32,254 nt of DNA from Octopus bimaculoides. Lineage: Eukaryota. The notes beneath the pieces are model-generated. The model had not been told where the DNA came from. It worked only from the letters and a program-made list of their open reading frames with translations, and made no database searches. The stretch covers positions 3,744,338 to 3,776,591 of the forward strand of contig NC_069000.1 of assembly GCF_001194135.2 (NCBI RefSeq). Direction: 5' to 3'. Of the stretch, positions 24,161-32,254 are shown one piece after another. The position numbers and the translations under genes are program-made. Position 1 is the first letter of the stretch; each line of letters starts with the position of its first letter.

Positions 24161-25708
24161 GTGAGTCGGCAAGCGATAAAAACCTGCTTGTAAATATTCA
24201 CCAGACAGCTCACAAACGTAGACTAAAAATACAGCTGGTTGAGCAAATCTGCTATTCCGGATATTAAAGTAGGAAAAAAAAAACGAGATAAGTGAATATA
24301 TGCATACGTAGATACATAGACACAAACACACATATAATATATGTATATATATATGTATATATATATATATATATATAGATAGATAGATATATATATTTAT
24401 TTATTTATTTATATATATACACACACACACATATATATATATATATCTATACATATAGAGAGATCTAGATATATATGCATATATATCTATACNNNNNNNN
24501 NNNNNNNNNNNNNNNNNNNNNNNNNNNNNNNNNNNNNNNNNNNNNNNNNNNNNNNNNNNNNNNNNNNNNNNNNNNNNNNNNNNNNNNNNNNNNNNNNNNN
24601 NNNNNNNNNNNNNNNNNNNNNNNNNNNNNNNNNNNNNNNNNNNNNNNNNNNNNNNNNNNNNNNNNNNNNNNNNNNNNNNNNNNNNNNNNNNNNNNNNNNN
24701 NNNNNNNNNNNNNNNNNNNNNNNNNNNNNNNNNNNNNNNNNNNNNNNNNNNNNNNNNNNNNNNNNNNNNNNNNNNNNNNNNNNNNNNNNNNNNNNNNNNN
24801 NNNNNNNNNNNNNNNNNNNNNNNNNNNNNNNNNNNNNNNNNNNNNNNNNNNNNNNNNNNNNNNNNNNNNNNNNNNNNNNNNNNNNNNNNNNNNNNNNNNN
24901 NNNNNNNNNNNNNNNNNNNNNNNNNNNNNNNNNNNNNNNNNNNNNNNNNNNNNNNNNNNNNNNNNNNNNNNNNNNNNNNNNNNNNNNNNNNNNNNNNNNN
25001 NNNNNNNNNNNNNTATATATATATATATATATATTAGTGAGTGAGCAAACTAAAAAAATGTCAGTCAGCACATTTGGTAAGAGTAACATTTGTAATAAAA
25101 TTTTGGCTCAGCTCCAGTCGACTTAAAGATATGTATCGTGTTAGATTTAATGTACGAGCCAACGAATATTTAAGTTGCATGCACCTAAACCAAACAGTTA
25201 TTAATCTACAAAATGTGTGTCTGTGTGTCTGTGTATGTGTCTGTATGTGTGTGTGTGCGTGTGTGTTACTTCCGGTATATTTGGGGTCCCCCGAACGCTT
25301 GTACAGGTCCATTGTAAAAACTGGATGTTTCCATAATGCGATCTGTGTGTTTCCTCGTACAGAAATTAATTCTGCTTTCAGGAAGAGTAAGGAGCTGAAC
25401 TTACTTAAACCTGCAAATGCTCATTTGGGAGCCATTATGAAATATAAAAGCAGAGGGATAATTTACGACTTGGAAACTGGGGTTTAAGCATGTCATTACA
25501 TTTTAAATTGCCCTCCATTATTTACATTTCAGCACAATATCAAGCAGTAACCTTTTTACCTTTGGAAACGCTCAAACACAAAATCAACCAGCATCCTTTT
25601 CCCTATTTAAATTATTTTCCTGGTTCAATTGCCAGCGTCTGTGCATTGCGCGAATTCCTTGACCCGGCCAACGTTTCTTTGGAAACGCTCAAACGCAAAA
25701 TCTTCACT

Positions 25709-26085
25709 AACAACCTGATAAGCAGTTGTGTGAAAATGTCATCATACTATTATCTACTGATGTGACATGACGTAGCTAAGACACTCTATAATGAAATCCT
25801 TCCGAGAGATAATCCCGAGGACAGTGAGATAAAAACCCACAATATGGTAGAAGCCATAGCCTCTCATAATAAAAAGGAACACTGGTAGAATGTTCCAGTG
25901 AAGATCTCAATGAAATGTAAGCACAACAGACCTGATATAATGATTTCGAATAGACAAGAGTAGCTGTGCACAATTCTGGAAATTAGCCGCCAAACGGATG
26001 TTAACATACAGCTGAAGATCTGTGATAACGAGAAAACTTATGCCGAACTATTGAGAAGTCTGCAGTTACTCTATACAGATTACAA
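25709..26085 (+). mobile_element. Decayed non-LTR retrotransposon, C-terminal Zn-knuckle/restriction-like endonuclease region (R4/Dong/NeSL-like)
   Basis: One frame reads NNLISSCVKMSSYYYLLM*HDVAKTLYNEILPRDNPEDSEIKTHNMVEAIASHNKKEHW*NVPVKISMKCKHNRPDIMISNRQE*LCTILEISRQTDVNIQLKICDNEKTYAELLRSLQLLYTDY. It shows (R)HD, W(W)N, NRPDI, EIS..D.N and K...KTY motifs typical of RLE elements, with three in-frame stops. Confidence 0.88.
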
Positions 26086-26995
26086 CTGTTTTCTCTCTGG
26101 TCACTACAATAAACTTTATTGAAATCTCAGTTTTATTGTAATTTATGAAGAAAACAGTGGAAACAAATCACGTTCATAGCGCCAGGGACGTTTTCTCTCA
26201 AGTAGATGTCGTTAGTTGCTAAACAGACGATCGAAGCATGTAATGCAAAATAATCAAAGAGAAGAACATTCTTCATTGTATAATGGTTTCGAACGTGGAG
26301 TTCGGGAAACATTAAAGTTTCCGAAGTGGTTCTAAAACATCTGGCGATCATGCGCGAAGTTTGAAGTATTTTAAATTTCAGAATTTGTTATTAAATTTAT
26401 GGATTTATCTGTATACACATACATACACACAGACAACGAAACACACACACACACACACACACATACACACATACAACGAAAAAGTCTCTCATGAACCGAA
26501 CAAGTATGTGTATATGAGTGTANNNNNNNNNNTCACATATACCTACATACATGCATACATACATGTATATTCATAAGAACACACGCGCGCGCATGTGTAT
26601 CTTTCAATGTTCGTATTGTGTGCTCACTTATTCAATTTAAGTAAGAACAGCAAAATAATAGGATAATGCCGAGAAAAAAAAATATTTCGACAACAAATAT
26701 ACAGATAGATACATACACTCGCAGACAGCAAAAATGGAAGAAAAAAAATCAGTGGAGCAACAATCAAGTATAAATTTTAAAAAAAACAGAGAAACAAAAC
26801 GAAAAAGGAAAAAAAAAATTGACAATAAATGTAATTCTTCAAGTTTTCGCTTTTCGCAAATGGTAGTGCTATATTCAGTAGACACACAGAATACACAATG
26901 AATTTTATGTAGTGCCAAGTTCATTTTGTTATACACTGGAATATTTTGATCTGTCATCGAACAATAGGTTTTATTTATTTATTTACCTACTTACA

Positions 26996-26996
<1 letters not shown>

Positions 26997-27056
<60 letters not shown>

Positions 27057-27258
27057 GTTGTTGTTGTTGTTGTTCACTTTCATCTCATGTCAGTGTCTTT
27101 TCTCTTTCTTTCTCCTCGTCTTTTAAGGAAGCCCTCACAGAAATTCTAAGTAGTCTATGAGGTACCCCCTCATCTATGACCCTGTGGCGAATAAAAGAAA
27201 TTATTATGATTGTTTTCTTGTTGTTGCTCTTCTTCATGTTTTTCTTCTTCTTCTTCTT

Positions 27259-27289
<31 letters not shown>

Positions 27290-27479
27290 TTGTTGTTGTT
27301 GTTATTATTATTATTATTATTTTTATTACCATTAATACTATTTTTATTACTATTGTTGTTGTTATTAAATTACCTTCATCATCATCATCTCCAATAACAA
27401 TACTATTAATACTACTCTTTTTTTGCGTCTTAAGTATTTCATATTCCCACCAATATCATCGTTGCTCTCGTTGTTGTTG

Positions 27480-27522
<43 letters not shown>
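26997..27522. repeat. Compound trinucleotide microsatellite field (TTA)n/(TTG)n/(CTT)n/(CAT)n
   Basis: Directly visible. It generates the poly-Y, -I, -L, -F and -N ORFs. Confidence 0.95.
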
Positions 27523-27524
<2 letters not shown>

Positions 27525-27695
27525 GAATGTTTAGCACGATGGTCGAAACGCTTATCGGTATTACGCCCTGCGCTACGTTCTGAGTTCAAATTCCGCCGAG
27601 GTCGATTTTACCTTTCATTATTTCGGAGTCGATAAGTACCAGTGAAGCACTGGGGTCGATGTAATCGACCGCTCCTCTGCCAACATATTTCAGGA
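27523..27695 (+). mobile_element. SINE family A, lacking the first ~15 nt
   Basis: tacgttctgagttcaaattccgccgaggtcgattttacctttcatt...taagtaccagtgaagcactggggtcgatgtaatcgac, with B-box gagttcaaattcc. Confidence 0.92.
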
Positions 27696-27816
27696 TTTAT
27701 GCGTTTACGAAAGACAAATATCATCATACATTTTGGTCCTCTTCTTCTTTTCGTTACATTATATTTTGTTCTATATTTATATTATTTTATTAGTATATAT
27801 ATATACACACACGTAC

Positions 27817-27865
<49 letters not shown>

Positions 27866-28789
27866 TGTATGATGTATGTATGTACGTGTGGATGTATGTA
27901 TTTGCATGACTTGACTGGAATGGAAGCAAATAAAATAACTTGATGTTTATATTTTTCCCCTTCCTTTAGTATTATTTTTTATAACTATGAATCAGAGTAG
28001 AAAAGCAATTTTTATGTACATGACCTATAGACCTTTATTTCGGTTTTGTAGAGTGGTAACTTGTGTTGGTGGAAATGCTGTATGGAACCCCACTTCATTT
28101 GTTACTGATGAGGTATTCTGTCTGTCAAGATATAATATAAGAACGGAAAATATAGCAACAGTATTCTTTAAAAAGAAATATACAAATACACACATGCACA
28201 TGTGTATATATATATAAATAAATGCACATATACATATACTTATATATATATATATAAATATATATTTAAATGTATGATATATATATATATATATATATAT
28301 GTCTGTCTGTATGTATGTATATCACCTAAGTGGAAAAAAAAAGCAGTGTGACAATGTAGATCATTTGTATTGAAGAGTATTCCATTTTTATTCAAATTTC
28401 TGGCCTACATTTTTGTTGCACCTCTTTCAAGTCTTTTAGGAGAAGATACCAGCCCTATTAAACATTTAGATAAGGTCCTTATTTTTTATCGCTCTGAAGT
28501 TATTTAGTATCAAAGCCGGATATGTGCGTAGAGAGATAAATATACAGAAATTATACAGAAATTCAGATGCCTGATATACACTCTCGTAGAAACAAACGGG
28601 TGATAAGACGCAAATGAATTTACAGATAAACCCATATCACGTCATTCCGAACTCTGAGATAATGCTTTCAGTCCTCATCAGTGGCTCTCGCTTCGTAGGG
28701 TTAAACTAATTCCAGCTTCGTAATGCTTGTTAAAATCGTTGAAAGGCTAGCGTCAGTTTCAAAAGGTAGAAGTGTTGAGTAAGAAATAC

Positions 28790-29300
28790 ATAAATTGTCT
28801 GACAGCCATTACTGGATCTTCCTGCTTGTGTGGCATGGTTCAGAGCCCTGTTGCCAGATGTTAGGTCTTCCAGCAACCACCTCCTTGACACAGATCGGTA
28901 CTATCTCCTCCAGGCATTTGATGTAGGCATCCATGTTGAGTCTGAGGCCGTGTGGGAAGATGAATGAAGGCACAACGTCACCATCACTAATAATCACTCC
29001 AAACACCATGATGTTGACGGGATGTTTGATTTTGATCACTCTTGGGACATGCACTGTGCTCAGAACGACACCTAAACACGCTGAAACGTTCATATTGGAG
29101 CTTCCGGATCGAATGCAAAGCAGTGCAGTATGTCATTTCCAAATTTCCGGCAGAGTGAATTGCATCATGGTATTGTATTTTTTCGCAGATGGAACCCAAC
29201 TATCCCTCCTATGCTCTGCATTCGACCACATCAAAAGCAAACTATGCTCATGCGCGAAATTAAAAATATAGAATAGCGAAAATTTACGCAGCGTATCCTG
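28790..29300 (-). mobile_element. Tc1/mariner-superfamily transposon (maT/DD37D-like by motif), internally deleted and 3'-truncated (copy B)
   Basis: The minus strand starts TA|CAGGATACGCTGCGTAAATTTTCGCTATT. From 29168 one frame reads MMQFTLPEIWK*HTALLCIRSGSSNMNVSACLGVVLSTV-HVPRVIKIKHPVNIMVFGVIISDGDVVPSFIFPHGLRLNMDAYIKCLEEIVPICVKEVVAGRPNIWQQGSEPCHTSRKIQ*WLSDN. MVFG and WQQ(D>G)SxPCHTS are DDE/D-domain motifs. Confidence 0.93.
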
Positions 29301-29369
29301 TATATATATTTATATGTGTGTGGGGGAGGTGTTGCTATGTGTGTATGTTTGCGCGTGCGCTCGTGTGTA

Positions 29370-29400
<31 letters not shown>

Positions 29401-31210
29401 AAGACTGAAATATTCCATTCACTTCGATCTTCATAGAAATACGGTCGCTTTTCAAGTCAGTAAAATTAAGTTAACATAAAAAAATACGAATAAGAACGAA
29501 AAAAATGAATTCAGTTTATGATTTATTTTTCATGGTGGACGGTTTGGTCTAGCGGTGCCAGATGGTCTACGCATGTACAGATATAACCATATTGTATATG
29601 TACATGCTTACTTTTGTATTTATGTGTTGGGATGTAATTGTGCTGTTAAACAGTGATGGACATCATGAGCCATTCAAATATCTCTTTCGTACCGAGTTAC
29701 AGACAGTATATTGCCGCTCGTATTATTGGATGTAAATTGAACCAGTGATAGACCGCGTTAGAAACCCATCAACAGCAACGTTATTGTTCGCATATTTTAG
29801 CAGTAAATAAATAAAACAATGAATCTCAAATGCTGTCCATACAAGAGATCACATTTCTTAAACAAGTTGAAATATTTGGCATTCAGTAAGACTGATAGTG
29901 GTTAACGTTCGTCATAAGAAGTTCAACAAAGACATTTTCGTCAGTTCTTTTAATTAATAATATTCGTGTGCCATGTGAAGAAAATTCCAAACTTGAAATT
30001 TTCGAATTATTTTCTCTTCGGGGCAGTCTAACATTACATTGTCTTTGTCACAGACATTCAAATCAAAAATTCTTGAAAACAGCTTTTGAAAATAATTCAA
30101 GAAACCAATAAATTCCTTTGTCTTGTTTGAATTGATTAAATTACTGAGCGAATTGATATTAATTTTTATACCCTCTGTGTATCTAAGTGACTATGTGAGC
30201 GTATGTAAACTGGCGTTTCTATACGTGTGTTTATATGTGAGTGAATATGTATATGATTACGTAGGCATGGCTGTGTGTATTTGTGTGTGAAAGAATATCC
30301 ATGTGTGTATGTGTGTATATGTATACGTTGGTGTGGATGTGGTTGTTAATCATGGTTTCATTTATCAGGGAAACATTCTGCTTCCCCATTTTGATCATAT
30401 TGCAGATGCACAGATCTCCGGATTATTCTGCCTAGCGATAACCGATGTAGGTAACAAACCTGTAATTATTGAATCAATAAGCTGCCTCAATTGTTTTATT
30501 TTACTTTAATAACTCACCATTAATTTCTTTGTCCATATACTCCGACACTTCGATAAGGAGTGGTTCGCAACCCAAGAACTCTTGCGCAAACATTTTTACC
30601 AATCCCCTTTCACAATTAATAGCACTGAAATAAATCTGCATTAATTCGGAAAACATATGCCTTTAAAAAAAACCCTAAAACGAGAGAAGTTTTTTTTTTT
30701 TCTAATTTGAAATGTTTAATTAAAAAGATATGGCCGGTGGGTCTCAAAATCTGTGAATTAAAACCAACTGTTTTGACTATGGAAGGTCCAGGCCCCACAA
30801 CCCGATACACCAACTTTTCAGATCAACCACTTATTGTTACATGCTTCTCTTTTTTTGCCATTTCTGTGTATGACATGTCATACAATGAAAATGGTTTTTT
30901 TAAAGAAAGACGCCAATTAGTATCATCAGCAACACGCAAATTTTCTTTATTTGCAATAGTTCATTCAAACACATAATTAAAATGCTAGTTTTCAAAGATT
31001 TTATTGAAAAAGTTCTGTTCTATAGCAATGAGATTTAAGTATTAAAATACGTTATATAAACTAAATTTCTAAAACTAAATAGACTGGTTTTTCACCATAT
31101 ACAAATGTAAACTCGTTCCATACAAAACACGATATTCTGTGTTGTTATTGTTTACGAATGGTAATATGTGTTTCTGTACACAAGGAAATCTCTGAACATA
31201 ATTTACGCTG

Positions 31211-31268
31211 AAAATTACACAGCAATTCTACATAGCAATTCTACATACAAAATTACATAGCAATTCTA
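31211..31268. repeat. Degenerate 13-bp minisatellite (tacatagcaattc) x~4
   Basis: Units at 31216, 31229, 31242 (degenerate) and 31254. Confidence 0.85.
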
Positions 31269-31880
31269 GTTGATTATTTTGTTGTGTTGTTTTCTAATAA
31301 TCGAATCAGGAGCAGATCCATTTGTACTTCATACACGCTGATCTAACTGTCATTGTTCACAGTAAATCCTGTACAACAATCGTCAGAGATTATTGGTGAT
31401 TTCAAAATGAATTTAGAGCAGACATAAAATTGGTATTCTACGTTTCTTATTGATCCAACTCATCAAATTTCACATGGAAGTCAAACAGGGTCAAATATCC
31501 ACTTGGTAATTCAATAACCGTCAACTCTTAAATAAACATCACATTCTAATGGACGAACATCAACGTTGTTATTAATGATTTCGATATTTAATAATCATAT
31601 CTGTCACTAACCTCATAGTGGTAGAATGGAGGAGAGCGATCTCTGTAAAATCGTCATATATAACAGGCTCCTGAAATATTCTTTGAAACAAATATTCTAA
31701 GAACGAAGAGAGATTGTTGTTCTCAACGTCGCTGCTCGAGTGGTAAACGATAGCAGCCAAATCTACCTCAAATTTACACATAAACATTTTTCAAACAAAA
31801 CACAATTGGAACATTACTATTTTTTAAATCTCACAATACTTAGTAGTAAAGATTACTTTCCAACGTAACATGGCAGTCTT

Positions 31881-32013
31881 GGCTTAGGACGAATATTGCT
31901 GTATTTAGCTCCAGGAGACATTGCTTCCAGCTGGCTATACACAGATCGTGTCGTATAGTCAGCTGGAAACGATATCTCCTAGGGGCTAACAACAGCAACA
32001 TTCGTCCTTATCC
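31881..32013. repeat. Fold-back inverted repeat with ~60-bp arms and a 12-nt loop
   Basis: Left arm 31881-31940 aligns to the reverse complement of 31953-32013 with 10 mismatches and 1 indel by hand alignment. Confidence 0.92.
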
Positions 32014-32254
32014 ATCTATCTATTTCTGTGTGTGTATGTGTGTATATATATATATATATATACATGCGAGTAAAAATAAATACAAAAAAAGGTGGATTTT
32101 TTTGTATGATTGTGTATAGAGGAATATATTATTTTGCTTAAAAGAGTTCCAACACTGTCTGTTTTTTATGTTTTATTTATATTCCTGCAGAACTAATGTG
32201 GGGTATAGAATATGGAATATACAATATATAATATAATATACAATATATAATATA

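Larger units (their letters stand above)
5220..26532. other. Nine assembly gaps: 5220-5319, 5836-6134, 8488-9234, 9996-10894, 12123-12515, 15545-15840, 16189-16198, 24493-25013, 26523-26532
   Basis: N runs, each flanked by (TA)n, (CA)n, (TG)n or similar microsatellite. Confidence 0.99.

Noticed and set aside
25365-25415. Overlapping 5-nt (+) and 6-nt (-) microexon-like motifs
   Set aside because: They occur on opposite strands within 40 bp, which shows such motifs arise by chance in this sequence.
26912-27635. Poly-Tyr, -Ile, -Leu, -Phe and -Asn ORFs
   Set aside because: They come from trinucleotide microsatellites plus a SINE.
31480-31787. 71-aa minus ORF with a faint resemblance to a Helitron/PIF1 helicase segment
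   Set aside because: No diagnostic helicase motif is recognisable. An HMM search would be needed and I cannot support the call by eye.

Overview
AT-rich eukaryotic genomic DNA, intronic or intergenic in character. It is dense in di-, tri- and tetranucleotide microsatellites and has 9 N-gaps (about 3.3 kb), each abutting a microsatellite. The repeat content resembles SINE and transposon families I recall from Octopus genomes, so the organism call is an inference. I recognise no intact protein-coding gene: almost all supplied ORFs are microsatellite or N-gap artefacts or chance frames. Supportable content: (i) two decayed, internally deleted Tc1/mariner-superfamily copies in inverted orientation (17659-~17960 +, ~28790-29300 -) with TA|CAGGATAC ends; (ii) a decayed restriction-like-endonuclease (RLE) domain of an R4/Dong/NeSL-type non-LTR retrotransposon (~25709-26085 +); (iii) many copies of two tRNA-derived SINE families plus fragments of two other repeats, including a nested SINE and a SINE between 12-bp direct repeats; (iv) a ~133-bp fold-back hairpin (31881-32013), a perfect 22-bp minisatellite and a microsatellite-built palindrome; (v) weak candidate small exons on the + strand, the best being a 21-nt microexon at 24140-24160. 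I see no convincing novel multi-gene system. The most interesting items are TE geometries and potential dsRNA structures.
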